Below are positions 1 to 14,251 of a stretch of DNA of 64,000 nt, piece by piece. Source of the DNA: Chrysomallon squamiferum (lineage: Eukaryota > Animalia > Mollusca); contig CM022671.1 in NCBI GenBank assembly GCA_012295275.1, positions 35,340,001-35,404,000 of the forward strand. Reading direction: 5' to 3'. Within the stretch, counting starts at the first letter, position 1. Each line of letters begins with the position of its first letter. The position numbers and the translations under genes are program-made. The notes under the pieces were generated by a model. It saw only the letters and a list, made by a program, of their open reading frames with translations, did no database searches and was not told the origin of the DNA.

Positions 1-1534
1 AAACTTATCAGTGCGTGATTGAGAACATTTGTGTTTGATTTACACAGAGTGGGTTTGTAAGTGAACACAAAATCTACCTGTAAAATGCTGCTAACAAATA
101 ACACATTACAATTCCTGGTAATTCTTTTATATGCTGCAAGGATGCTGATAAAAAAAAAAAAAAAATCAAATAAATGTTTTCAACTAATTTTCTACTTTAT
201 TTTTTGCTGAAATGTAACCAATGGTGTGCCTGGGAATGCTGATAAAAGCTTAAATTGTCTTTTATATTTCTAAGCAAGATTTTTGTTTTGTTGTAGTTGG
301 GTTTTTTTGTTTTTGCTTTTTTGTTGGATTTTTTTTCCATGATATATCAAAATTTGCTAATGAAAAGGTACAACAGTAACGTAAAGGTAATAAAAGCTGT
401 TAATTTATTCAGTATTATTAAATAACTGTGATACCACACTGTACAGAAATATTAAACTCTGTGATAGACTGACAGATATCTCACTGACTCACTTGTTTAT
501 CTTCATCATCAGTAAATAAATAATATCAAAGTTGTCAGCCTATCTAGCATTTTTAAAACTCTTTTCTACTTTTACGTAGTATATGAGAAAGAACTGAAAA
601 CAACCTCCATGATTTGTGTGTATTAATCATCTTGTCATATACTTTATTATCAACAAAGTTTGGGTTTGAATAACAAATGTAAATATCAGTTGAAAGGTGT
701 AAAATGCATTTAAACTATTTTTTAACATGACAATAATTAAATTTTATCTGAAATTTTGATTGTAGGTTTTACAAATGTTTACTTCAGAGTCATACATAAC
801 AGTGTATCAGGACCTGTCACTCAAATTTGGTTCTTCATGTGAACTTAATTCACCGATTTTTACAGTTTGTACATCACAGTCACTAATGGTAGAACACCCT
901 GACCTGGGTGCTGTCTGTGTCTGTCTGTCAGTGTGTCCATTAGTCTGTCACTGTATCTGTCATTCATAATCTCCACTCTTAACTCATTCCATGAGCCTTT
1001 CTCCCATTACAAGAGAAGTTATCAGGCCTGGATTGAATTTTGAGCAAATTTTACAAAGAAATCGCTGACAAGAATTTCCTGGTATTACAGGTCAAAAAAA
1101 AAAAAAAAATGACTGTATTTAATTAGCACATACTGGAATTAAAAAGAAAAAAAAAGAAATGTTTTCATTGCTTCAAGCTGGATTTAAAACTATAAATTTA
1201 TTTTCCAAATAGAATTACGGCAGAAGAGTAGTGGATTAATTGAGGTATTTCACTGCTTCGTAGAGACCGACACATACACTCAGTATTGCACATCCCCCCT
1301 TACACCGTGAGAAATGTGATGAGGTTAAATTTAATTTGTGTAAATCGCAGATACAGGGGATGTTTAGCAGAAAGCACTGTGTCGTGCTGCAGGGAAGAGA
1401 CTGTTTCTAATCAACATCAAATGAATAGAAAATAGAAACGGATTACATCGTCTGAAGCAAGATTTAATACAAATTTACTCCTAAGCAGAACTGTGGTGTG
1501 AGACCTCAGAAAAGTTAACTGAAATGTATTACTC

Positions 1535-1592
1535 TGTGATAAATGTTTTACACCGTGATAAATGTTTTATATCATGATAAATGTTTTATAAA
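1535..1592. repeat. 19-bp tandem repeat, 3 copies (TGATAAATGTTTTAyAyCr)
   Basis: tgataaatgtttta recurs three times at 19-nt spacing. Confidence 0.8.
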
Positions 1593-4500
1593 ACTATTAT
1601 AAACAACATTCCATGATACATGCTGTATTGTTATAAATAAATTTTCTAAGATAAATATGTGATTCATACAATGAAAAAACAATAATAAGAACAGCAATAA
1701 CAGCAACAGCAACAGCAACAACAACAGCAACAGCAACAACAGTAACATTTTAGCAACAACAACATGGACAGCAGCAGCAATGACAATAACAGTAAAGATA
1801 ACAATAATAATAAAATCTATTATGTTGCTTGTAAAAAAGTCAGAACAAACTGTGTGACTTTGTACTGCCAGGCTGGTATTGTATAGTAGAAATACTGCAT
1901 GGCTTGGTATGGATTATTCTAATTAATGTGGCTGGGACATGCCAGTAAAGGCAGATCACCTGAGACTGTTATCTGATGTTTGACTAATTAATATCAACAT
2001 CCTTACAGCTCTGTTAAAACAGACAGCATCTCAATTAACCAAAAGTGTCGTTCAATATGTAGCATTTAATATTAGAAGTATCGCAGTGTCTTTTCATGAG
2101 AAAGTGCGAGTTTGTGTGTGACCATGGCAGATATGTTTGAACATTTTAGAGTAGAGTAAACATGGAAGTAGAATAAAGTTATGCATTTGTATAATTTTAA
2201 CTTTTTTAAATCTAATTATATATTGGTTAAGTGGTGCTGTAATATGATCAGATCTTAAATTAGTCTCAAGCCAAATCAAAAACTCATTTTGAAAGTTTAA
2301 GATGTTTTTTGAAATTATTTTTCCTGTTATCTTCTAACAGACTAATGGGTCAGAAAATCCAGACTTCACCAAATCTTCTAAATTCTTTATCAGTCTGATG
2401 TGTTTTATGGCAGCTCAGTTCATTCCAATAATGCTTAAAATTTTTCTCAATCCAAACCTTTCTGAGAGCTTAGAGTGATGACCATGAAGGATTGATCCAG
2501 TGACCCAGCAAACCTCCAGTGATCAGTTTATCAGGAATCTTCTACGAGAAACAGTGACAAACATCAGTGAAAACAGTCTCCAGAGAGCATGATTAGAACA
2601 CAGCAGTGTAACATTCCTTACGTCAATATTTACAATTGATTTTGTCATAAATCCTCCTGTTTGATCAGTGAACAGATAAAATTAGTTTGTGGACTTAGGT
2701 GTGACAGGGCTCTGACAGCTTTATCATGGGAGGGGATTATCAAAGTCTCTTGTATCTAGAGAAATGGATGAGGGAGAGGGGGAAAACTTTCTTGGGTTTT
2801 GGTCATGATGGTGGGGGATATGTATTTTTTTTTTTTTTTTTATTATTAATAATTAGTTGTTTGTTTTGTAACAAACACTTTATTTTGCACTAAAGATAAT
2901 CTACTGTTTGGATAATGGTTTTATTGACTCATATACTTTGTTAAAGAGGTTATTATTATTTTGATAACAAAGTAAGTTATTAGTTAATATCAAGAGATAA
3001 TGATATATTGAACACACAGAAATGTGACAGTACTAAATTACACACAGTTCCTCGTACAGATTGGTTTATGTTTATGTTATTGATTTCATTTATCTATTAC
3101 TAATAGGTCAATTTTACTAATACAGTTTTGGCAAAATTACAGTTTTACTAAAAGTACAGTACCACTAAAAGTAGTTTCACTTAAAGTTCAGTTTTTGTGT
3201 AACTGCAGATTCACATTTAAATCTGTTTTACCGATAGATCAATTTAGCTAATGGTTGTTTTTTCTATATTTTTTTATTCTAATTATACACTTTGGTCCTG
3301 AGATTTACACTTAATTCAGTTGATTTCCTGCAGAGAGCTTTATTTAATTAGTGTGCAGTAATTTCAGTTTGCTTAATGAATTATTTCTTTTTCTTTCAAA
3401 TTTTTTAACCTTTTTTAAAAACACTTTTTTCTCTCTCTCTCTTCTGTCTTTTTTAAAATACACCCAGCATAAAAAAAAAATAAAAAAATAAATAAAAAAA
3501 AAAATTCTCACTTTGGTGAATTTGTCTTTTCCTTTTTTTTTTTTTTTTTGGTAAATTAAATGGATTTCTTGGATTTTAGTGACAGCATTTGAACCGAGGA
3601 AACAACTTTGATTCTAAAACTTGAAAAATCTCTCACAAATTTCACTAACAACAAAAAATTAAAATCTGAATGCAGAAACACAGCCAGCACTCCCTACAAA
3701 GGAAGTCAGAAAATTCTTTCCATCTTTAAAAAAAAAAAAAAATTTATAATTTAAAATCTTTACACATGTGAAGTTGTCAATATTTGCAGGGTTGAAATAA
3801 ATTCTCTGTTCAAGTCAGTTTATCAGTTCAAGGAGAATTATTTGTCATCTCTTCTCACTCAATTTGTGAATTAATCTTTCCTGGAGGAACCAGGTTTCCG
3901 ACTTACACTCAAAGAAAGATTAAAGTTTGTGTGTGGTGTGAAAATTTGTCCAGCAGACTGACACTTACTTCTCTTCAACTGGGTCAGTGGATTTGGGAAT
4001 TCAGTGGAAAATTCATCTGTTAGTAGTTTGGTGATTTCACATTTTTATTGTTAATACTTATTAATTGTTTATCATTGTCTTAATTATTAATATTTATTAT
4101 TATTATTATCATCATCATCAGAAACAAAATTAAAATATTTCAGAAATTTTGTAAACTTTGAATTTATCTTTCAGATCTTTGACATTTTCTAAATTGTTTA
4201 GATTTCATGGTTTGGTTTATTACTGGTATTTTCTACAAATGAATGAATGAATGAATGAATTTGATAAATAAATCTGAGAGCGCTTGCTGAAATAGGAAAC
4301 ATCCCAAACAAAGCTATTAGAAGGATCGACTCAGTGACCCCTGACATCTCATGTAAACAGTTGACAGCTGAGTTAAGCCTGCTGACACTGTGTGTAACTT
4401 ACGACTACCCAAAACCATCACAACTGAGCTTAACACGAGTTTGATAGCGCAGATAACATTTTTAAATATTCCAAATTCTTCCAGCTCACTGCAATGCAAA

Positions 4501-5044
4501 TCCCTGAAATATCGCTAACATTGCTGAAGTCGTGGAAATGGAAATTTCCTTCAACAAAAGACTGAGACGTCATCGCCATCAGAAAACTGAGAGATCCAGA
4601 GTGCTGAGTGTTGGGGAAATTAGCACTACATGGTTTATGTTTTTATCTTTTCTCTGATGTCGACAAAGATTGCTGTGTGTGGATATTAAACATCAGCACT
4701 AAACACGTTTCTCATTACTTCTGAAATCACTGCATGTAGGGCTTGTTAATGTTTGTCTGTGTCCAGTTGTCATGGTCACTTGTGGTCAAGGCTGTGTCCA
4801 CTGTGGCTTTCTAATTTAACAGTTGTAGTTAGTTTACATTAATATTTATATATGGTGTACATCAACAGTTTGTGCACTGTAGAATTGTGTTTGTGATATA
4901 AGTGATCATTGCAAGCCTGCTGTTTGATGTAAATATTTTATTGTTTATCTCAGAACATTTTCTGTCATCAAGTCTTGTGGCAAAAGTGATTAGTATACAT
5001 CAGTTGTCATATGTAATGTTCTGACATGTCTTTAGTGTAATGTG

Positions 5045-5635
5045 ACATGTCACATCTATTGTTGGGTGTCATATCTGCTGCTATACATTATATCTATTGT
5101 TACATCTGCTGTTGTATGTCATATCTAGTGTTATATGTCATATCTACTGTTATATGTCATATCTAATGTTATGTGTCATATCTAGTGTTATATGTCATAT
5201 CTATTGTTACATCTACTGTTGCATGTCATATCTAATGTTATATGTCATATCTAGTGTTATATGTCATATCTAGTGTTATATATCATATCTAGTGTTATAT
5301 GTCATATCTAGTGATATATGTCATATCTACTGTTATATGTCATATCTAGTGTTGTATGTCATATCTAGTGTTGTATGTCATATCTAGTGTTGTATGTCAT
5401 ATCTAGTGTTATATGTCATATCTAATGTTGAGTCATATCTAATGTTACATGTCATACCTTCTGTTACATGACGTATCTGCTGTTATGTCAGATCATAGGA
5501 GAAGTATCACAGCTACTGTTAGGTGTGATATCTACTGTTACATGATATCTTCTGTTAATGACATATCTACTGTTACATGATATCTTCTGTTAATGACATA
5601 TCTACTGTTACATGTTATATCTACTGTTAGAGGTA
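5045..5635. repeat. 19-bp minisatellite (ATATCTAGTGTTATATGTC)n
   Basis: Near-perfect copies at about 5120-5450, with degenerate flanks. Confidence 0.95.
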
Positions 5636-6989
5636 ACATGTCAGGTGTCATTCTTACATACATTTCAACTCATGTTACAAACAATCAGATCTGTGAGGTA
5701 AGCACTGGTCAGTCACTGGACACCACAGAAACATATTAATACTTACCTCTGTCAAGTCTCAAGAGTCCATGGTCAGTGTTTTGGTCACTATCAGTAACCA
5801 AGACAACAAAAGTTCTGTGATTTAAATACTGCTTGTTTTATTATATAATTAATACATTGACCAGTCATGAAAATAGTGTTCTGTCTGTGCTGAATGCTAG
5901 GGATGTAGTAAAGTTCATGTAACAGTTGTGTTAAATATTTGTCTCTTTATACTGAGTGTCCAGTAAGAAGACAATAGGTAAAATACTTCTTCATTTGCTG
6001 TATAACTCATCACTGACCAAAGCTTAATATATGTGTTCTGAATGCTGTAGTAATAATAATAATAATGTCTCTGTGTTAAAATCTTTAACAGTGGTTTGCA
6101 GTAAGAAAGAAGACAACAAGCAGTGATTTGAATACTTGTTATATAACATTGTCACTGATGTGTTATGTCTGTCACTTGCACTGTGTGGATACATGTCTGT
6201 GTGTGCGTTCTGTCACAATGTGACCAGACATCATGTTACTACTCTCTGTTAGACAGTTGAAGTAAAACAGAAGACAAATCAGAGATGTTTTATTGTGTAA
6301 CACACCTTTGATGTCATATATAACAATGTATCACTGTGTTGAACAGAGAACCAACATGTTACATTTCTACATTGTTTCACTGTGTGGTTCTAATAATCAA
6401 ACATTTATTAATGATTTTCTTTAGTTTCAAGTCGGAAAACGGTTTGCTCTGTCTCTGAGTTACCTCACTAATTTAATATACTTCCTTTGTGCGTCAGTTT
6501 GAATTGTCTGGCGCTGGAACTAATGTTTTTAATCTGGTACTTTCGTATATTGTTTTTCATCATTAATTTGATAAAAAAAGAAGAGAAAATCTGGATATTA
6601 CATTTTCTTTCCTTCTGTTTAGTATCATTATTTGATCTATCATCTTTCACAATTAACAGAGAATTTTTTTTTTTTTTTTTAAATTTTCAGTATTAAATTT
6701 TGAGTTATATGAAAATATTTTCATGTCAGGAATATTATTGCTACTGATATAAGTAGAAATGTCTTACCTGTATTTAAATCCTGACGACACCAGCAAGATT
6801 TTGGATTTTTCATGATTTTCTCTTTTCTCTTTTTTATTATTATTTTTTTCTCTCTCTCTCTCCTTGAATATTTCTGTTGTGTGCATGGAGTCAGAGATGT
6901 AAACACATCCATCTCTGTAGGAACCTGCTTGGCAGTTTTAAAAAGATGATCAATAAGTCTTTGTCCGTTGCTTTCCATTCATCTGTCAG

Positions 6990-7830
6990 TCCAGTTTGAT
7001 AATCTGCAGTCAGGTGAAGCAGTCAGAGAGACTCGGAGTTGTGGACTTTTCTTGGACTGAGTACCTGCCTTTCACTTTGATCCACATCATGCAGAGCTTT
7101 GAACCGGAGGCCACGCTGCTGAAGACGAGATGATGAATGTTTTAGCACCGACTCCTCCAGTGACGGTGACGATGATGATGCCGATGAGGTATTTACCGCC
7201 ACACATTTCATCATCACGGCAGTATTGAATAAGTCATGTAATCGGACTGTTCTCACTCTGTTATTGATTTTCATCCTGATTTCACAGTTTAATTGCCAGT
7301 GACAACCCACTTGCTATCATTATCCAGTTTCCACTAACCAGGCAGGTGCAACGACATACACGGGAAATTGTTTTTGCAAAAGAGTTATAAATAATTCTGG
7401 TCATTCACGTGTCTCATCCTGGCCTCACGGAGACAGCACACACTGGATGACGTTGCTGGAGACAGGTCTCCTCTTACAAACAAACCCACAGACAGACAGA
7501 CAGACAGACAGGGAAATTGCAGGATTAACGAGGAAACAGGATATACAAACAGACATTAGGATAAGCAAAGATATTCTCGGATTTTCCAAGAACCAAAAAA
7601 CTGTGTGTTGAGAAACCCAATAAACCCTTAAATAAATAGCAGGATATACTGAGAAGACAAGACAAACCTGGAAAATCCAAGAGGTATTAGGATACACCAG
7701 GATATACTACACATGATAATGTGAAGAATACCAGGATACTGCAAGGAGTAGGATACACAAACTTCTGAGGAAAAAAAAGTTAAAATTTTCATAAGGATTT
7801 TCTAAAAAGAACAAGAGAAGGATCGATCAA
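6990..7830 (+). promoter_or_regulatory. GC/CpG-enriched island, candidate internal promoter or 5' UTR exon
   Basis: Many CpGs in a CpG-poor background, only short ORFs, and seven AGGATA motifs in 7538-7755. Confidence 0.4.
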
Positions 7831-8183
7831 GTCAGAAAGTGTGATTGTGCTTTTTCCCCGAGTGGTGTATTGTTCTTTTATCTTCTTTCTTTTATTGTTT
7901 TTCTCTCACTGTCTCTCGTTTTTTTTCCCCCCATCATTTTTATTTTATTTCTTTTTATCCTCTCTCTTTCTCTACCATTTTTTTAATTCTTTTTTTATTT
8001 TGTTAAGTAAATGGCTATAATCACTAAAGGTGACACATTGTGAAGAACAGTTGATTAATGTTCATTAAAGAGGATCTGGGCTGTTTGCCGGTTCAAGCAC
8101 ACACTTACTTTCTGTCAGTGTGCGTCAATCAATGCATTGCCTCTTCTCTGTGTGTTTCTTTTACATGGACACTTGCAGAAACA

Positions 8184-8201
8184 ATGATGCGTCTAATGCA
8201 G
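8184..8201 (+). CDS. Weak candidate initiating mini-exon MMRLMQ (phase 0, joins 13311)
   Basis: acaATGATGCGTCTAATGCAG|gtagga, preceded by a pyrimidine tract and a possible acceptor cttgcag| at 8178. Confidence 0.3.
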
Positions 8202-10477
8202 GTAGGAGTTCTCTTTGGTTTCTGTCTCTAATCGAAACAGATTCAGAAATATTTTCTATTGATCCACGCAAAGAACAGCACTGTAGAAAACAAAAAACAC
8301 CCAAAACAAACAGAGAAAACAAAAAACCACTGAGTATTATAAAGTTATAAAAATACACGTGTGTGTATAATTGTCTGATTAAATAAGTAAATGTAGAATA
8401 AAGTTATAAGATAAATATTTACGTTTTAAGTTAAATATTAAATGTAAGATAAAGTTATAAAATACACACACAGGCAAAAAAAAAAAATAACATTAATTAA
8501 AGAATAACTATAATATACTTTTAATTGCTTCTAATTTTATACTTATAAAAATAAAAATAATAATAATAATAATAGCTTGCCATATTACTATGATATGAAA
8601 AGAAAGAAAATCATTTATTTTACATTGAGGTATGACACAAAATACTATTGGGGGTTATTTGTTCATTGACTGTAGAATAAATACAAAGTTTTTTTGTTGT
8701 TGTTATAACATCACAGAGATTGATTATGTATAACATTGTGTTTTCTCAGTACTACAAAGTTTCAAAATACACAAATACATCACATTAACTAGATATCAAA
8801 AACCGTTGTAGTTTGTTCTTTAATTAATGGGTAAATATTTTTATATAGCAAAATTACACATATATATTACTTAATTATTACAAATGTATTAAATATAATT
8901 ATTGTTTGTTCTTTAATTAATGGGTAAAGACTGGTGTTAGAAATAACAAATTCTGTTTGTTCGCTAATTGGTGAATAATTCAAATAACAATTGTTTTTTT
9001 GTGTTTTTTTTTATTTTTTCACACAAATATTTACTCTTTCTATAAATTATATTTTACTGGATTCTCTGAATGATGATGATGATGATGATGATGATGATAG
9101 AGCATATCCTGGATATTGTGAAAGTTGACATAAAATTATAAAATTACATTCAGAGGCTTGTTCTGCCATACAAATATTTTTAACATCAACATTCATGAGA
9201 TTTATCCCTGTTTAGCATTACTGTTCTGTTTAGAATTTAATTTTTTTGAAATCAGTGACTGTAAAAATACAGATAATGGTGTGGAGCAGAATGCTCTGAT
9301 GTTACTGGTGGTGTTAGTAGCTTTTGATGTGGTCGTCTGACATTTTGAATTCAGTGGGAAATTAAATTATGTATCACTTAAAGTCAGTGCTTTTCCTGTA
9401 TGATGTGTGGATGATGGTGAATTCAAAAACTAAATTGTCAGATTACAAAAGGCACTGGTTTGGAACTGGAAATGAATAATAACAATAGTAGCTGTCGTGG
9501 TAGCAATAATGATGATAATGATGACAATGATGATGTTATTAATCATTATAATAATAATGATGATGATGATGATGATGATGTTAACAATTACAGAAATAAT
9601 AGTAGTTGTTGTAACAGTGGTAGAAGCAGTAATTATAAAACCTCTTTACTAAAATAATAATGACGGTAACAAAATATTTAATAATTCAATAACAACAACA
9701 ACAGCATTTATAGCAACAACAACAACAGTAATGATGATGATAATGGTGAAAAAATACATTTTGATGACTGACAGACATTATTTTAGAAATAAAAGCTAAG
9801 ATAGGAAAAGAAAAATACTTGATTATTACTATTTTGTACTGACAGTTTAACCAGTATTGTTAATCACATATTCTAGAGTGGGAAGTTAGTATTTTGTTAT
9901 GTACTGTATATGAAAGCCAAGTCTTCTGTTCCTGGTCAGTTTAATTTTTTTCACAAAATGCTTTGTATCAGATTTTGTTTTTATATCATGTATAGATGAG
10001 ATCAAATGAGATGAGTCAAAACTACATTAATTTATTTGTTGAGCATTTTTATGGTTTTTTTGTTGTTGTTTTCAATTTGTTGTTTTTTGTGGGTTTTTTT
10101 TTGTTATTAACTTGTTACTTCTTTTATTTGGTTTTTCATTTTTTTCATTGTTTTTTTTATTTATTTTATTTTATTTTTGTATTAGTTTGGGTTTTCCATG
10201 TTATATGTTTTATTTTTTATTTTTTTATTTTATCTGCATTTTATTTTGTATTGCTAAAGTTATATATATTTTTTGTCTTGTTTGTAACTTCATATTTGTC
10301 AAATATTTGTTACAGATTATTTTTTGTTCTTGTTCTTGTTTAGTTTTTGTCTCAGTTTTATTAAAAAATTATTTATCAAAAAGGTACAAAGTAAATTATC
10401 ACATTCACATAAGGATAAAGTACTTATAATATCACCTCCACTGAAATCAGTGCGCTTTGTGACTGTTATATGGGGAA

Positions 10478-10640
10478 AAACTGGATTTTATTTACCAAAG
10501 CAAAACACTAGATTTTATTTAACAAAGCAAAACACTAAATTTTATTCACCAAAGTAAAATACTATATTTTAATATGCTGAAAACCCTACAAAAACAACAA
10601 ATAAAAAACAAACCTGGATTTTATTCAGCAAAGTGGAATA
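10478..10640. repeat. Degenerate 27-bp tandem repeat (CTrGATTTTATTyAmCAAAGyAAAACA)
   Basis: Three clear copies at 10481-10560 plus a decayed copy near 10614. Confidence 0.75.
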
Positions 10641-11711
10641 TTGAATTTCAAACTGAAATGAAATATAATACTGTACTTTGTGCACAAAATAAAACTAATG
10701 GATTACAGTGATTAATATTGCACACTGATAATCAACATAAAACACTGAACAGTAGCTCGTTTACATAATAAAGAAATAAGAGACATGATTGCCATAATTT
10801 GACATGATTTTCTGTGATTTTTATTTTATTTCTGGGTGGGTTTTTTTTTTTTTAATTTGAATGTATAACTGTTCTATAAGTCCAGTTCAATAAATCTATT
10901 AGCTGTTGCATCAGACCAGTGAAAAATTACAGTCAGTTGTCTGGAGGACAGTGTATAAATCACTTTGAGTCTGTGTTACTGTGGAGCTGGTCTGCAGAAA
11001 TTATTGTTCTCAATCAAAGAATTATTAAGTTGTAGTTTAGACATCATAATTCAGATTTGATCATTCCTCCTTAGTATTCTCCTTGATAATCAGAATACAG
11101 GAGTCAGAATGGCCAAAATTACAGGATCTGTCTCTCTTAACATTCCCCAATTAGCTTTTCCCCATTCCAGCCAGAGCTCCATGCTTTGTTTATCATATCT
11201 GTTTCTATATGTGTAATTACATGTAAGAAATTTCTTTAAGACTTATCTGGTTACTTGAACAGCAGCAGTGAATTTCTCTGACATCATCATCATAAAATAA
11301 AAATTATTATCACACTGAAAGCCTTCCCTTGCCATTAATCATTGAAATGCATTCTTAATGCAAATAATGGATGAGATAAAAACATTTTGTTTTTGATTTA
11401 TTTTATTTAATCAGTTTCTGCCGATAACAGTAACAGCTCAAATTCATTTTGAATGTTTCCATGTTTTATTTGTTTTAAGCCAGCAACTCTGTTTTGTTAA
11501 TAATAAAGTATGTAAGAATGCCTTAAGGCAGACATTTTCTCTGTTTCATAATTCATTTCTTAAACAGATGCCTAAAATAAAAAAAAAATTAAAAAAAAAA
11601 TAAAAATAAAAAAAATCAATTGGGCAAATATTACAAAGTTCCATATTAATCAGTCTGTTATGGATTTTTTCACTGCACTATACAAATAATATCTTGAAAA
11701 AAATATAAAAA

Positions 11712-12175
11712 TGTCATCATATTCCAGACATCCTTACATACTTTATTGTTAGTAAAAGTTAATTGCCTCTATTAAGTAAATGCAATCACTAGAATGAACA
11801 GAGGTTGTATTTAGACTATTTATTTCTAATAATCAATCTATATAGTTGTTTTTTTCATTGCAGTGCACAAAATTATTTATGAATAAACAACGTTATTATA
11901 TTCCAGACATCCTTGCATACTTTATTGTTAGTAAAAGTTAATGGCCTGTATTAAATAAATACAACCTCTAGAAAGAACAGGCTATTTATTCATATTAATC
12001 AATGTATATAATGGTTTTTTTTTCAAGACATGACTACTAAAAAAAAAAAAAAAAAAAGTCATCACATTCCAGACATCCTTACATACTTTATTGTTAGTAA
12101 AAGTTAATTGCCTGTAATTAAATAAATACAACCACTGGGAAGGACAGAGGATATATTTAGACTATTTATTTCTGT
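11712..12175. repeat. Tandem triplication of an approximately 170-180-bp unit
   Basis: ATTCCAGACATCCTTrCATACTTTATTGTTAGTAAAAGTTAAT occurs at about 11721, 11900 and 12067. Confidence 0.9.
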
Positions 12176-12749
12176 CATGTGCTGTAATGGTAGATGAAGT
12201 TGTGTTTTGATGAGAAGCCAGACTGAACCAGTTTATCCTTTGTACATTTTATGTACGTGTGTCTGTGTGTCTGTTCTCAGATTACAAAGAAAAAAAAAAA
12301 ATCAATTTTAGTCCATCTAATCACCAGTAATTTAAATTCTCTTCTAAGAAGGAATCTTTGAATGAATTGATTCTCAGAAGTGAAATTTATATACATTCCT
12401 ACATAGATCAAGGCTTTCGATAAAATAAACTCAGTCTGTATCGTTTTTGTGGTGGTGGGTGAAATGAATAAATCTTTAATGATTCCACTGAACAAAACAG
12501 GAAAAAAATACATTAATCTATTTTTAAGTTGATGAGACATTTTAAAATATTAAAAGAAGCACAAAAATAAAAGAAGAAAAAATAGAAAAGAAAAAATAGA
12601 AAGCTGCAAGAAATGTTGTTTATTCTTTTACTGTCAGATATGTCCCAATATTTTTATTTTTTTATTTTTAATTATTATTTTGCAACCAGTACAACAAATC
12701 TGTACAAGTACACGTCCACTCTTTGCCTAATATAACACTCACATTTTTG

Positions 12750-13325
12750 TGTTTTTAAAATACGTTTTCTAGGTTCTACAATAAATATATTTTATATCAC
12801 ATAATGTGAAATTAATATGACATTTTTAATTTATGTTGCCCAACATTGTATACCAAAAATATTTTCTACTGCTAGTGTAATACAGATATATTTTTTTTAA
12901 ATTATGTTTTAAGTGTTGTATAACAAATATATATCTCCTACTACATAATGTAATACTGGTGTTTTTTAATTTTATTATAATTATTATTTTTTTTTATATA
13001 TATATATATATTTGTTTACAAAGCAAATATATCATCTATTAATAATGATATGTTCCAGGTTGCATAAAAAATATGTCTTGTGCAACTAATGAATTATTGA
13101 TATTTTAAAATGATACGTTTCATATCCTATAAGAAATAAATTATCATTAATGTAATACTGACCTTTTTTAAATGACATGTTTCACATTGTGTAACAAATA
13201 TTTCTTCTGCTGCTAATGTAATACAGATGTTTTTTAAATGATACGTTGTATAACAAATATACTGTCTACTGTTGATGTGATATTAATATTTTCTAACTGG
13301 TGTTTTGCAGGTTGTACAACAAATA
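12750..13325 (+). repeat. Degenerate 60-70-bp tandem array whose last unit is the acceptor and start of exon 13311
   Basis: Repeated TGTTTynnnTTGTAyAACAAATA...AATGTAATACwG motifs, about 8 copies. Confidence 0.75.
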
Positions 13326-13430
13326 GACCCAGAACACACGAGACAGCTAAAAGAACTAGAAGAGGCAAACAATGAACTGAAGGAAGAAGTGAAAAAGTTA
13401 GACAAGGCTTTACAGCTCACTAACAACTTG
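13311..13430 (+). CDS. RIMBP2: Internal coding exon (phase 0/0) of RIMS-binding protein-like gene: VVQQIDPEHTRQLKELEEANNELKEEVKKLDKALQLTNNL
   Basis: Acceptor ctaactggtgttttgcag| and donor TTG|gtgagt. 120 nt, open, heptad coiled-coil peptide, joins the next exon in frame. Gene name comes from in-frame linkage to the downstream exons with recognisable similarity. Confidence 0.88.
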
Positions 13431-14251
13431 GTGAGTTTTCTTTTCAGTTCTTTAGAAAATAGTATACTTGTCTGTCATCTATCATATGTAGGGTTTTTGT
13501 TGTTTTTTAGTAAAATGCACATTTTTGGATTATAAATTATATAGGTGCTTTTTGTTTGTGTTTATTTTTTTTTTTTTTTTTAGGTGGGTTAGTGATTTTT
13601 TTTGTGCTTTTTTTTTTTTTTATATTTATTTTATTTTATTTTATTTTATTTTATTTTAATTTATTTTATTTATTTATTTATTTATATATTTATTTATTAT
13701 TGTTTTTGTTTAATGGTACATTAATGCATTATTGGTTTGTGAGATAGAAGTATTTAAGCAGGTAATTTTGGAACACAATGCATTTATGTTTTGTTTTAAT
13801 ATTAGGCTTTATATTGTTTTCTATAGTTTTTAGGAAAATTCAGTTTGTAAATTTTTAATTTTACTGAATATTGATCAGGTGAGCTTTTCTTTTTAAAGAA
13901 AGAAAAGAAAAAAAGAAGCAAGACAAAATGGTGTATAAAGTAGTTTATACATGTTAAGTGTTGTTTTTGAGAAGTCATACAACAAAAGTCAGTTACTGCT
14001 TTTATCGAAAATGGAACTGGATTAGTCTGATAATGTATTTCTCTGACTTAGACACAGGTTTTGAGAAAACAGCCTGACAGGAATTGATTTATGTATGTTG
14101 TTTTTGAGAAGGTAGTTCATAAACTATTTTTATAGAAAATAGTACTGAAAATAAGCTATATGCATTGTACAGTTAAGAAATCCATAGTTTTGTTTAGTTT
14201 ATAAGAAAGTAAATCTACTTGTAGTTTGTTATGAAGAATATCAGTTAATCA

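Noticed and set aside
7023-7310. 95-aa minus-strand ORF and an ATG-less acidic plus-strand frame (DDECFSTDSSSDGDDDDADEVF)
   Set aside because: No true ATG start or matching splice sites. Explained by a (GAT/GAC)-rich patch in a GC island.
9996-10429. Phe/Leu-rich transmembrane-like ORFs (also 39265-39726, 13556-13747, 17718-18162)
   Set aside because: T-rich low-complexity intron sequence that lacks stops by composition.
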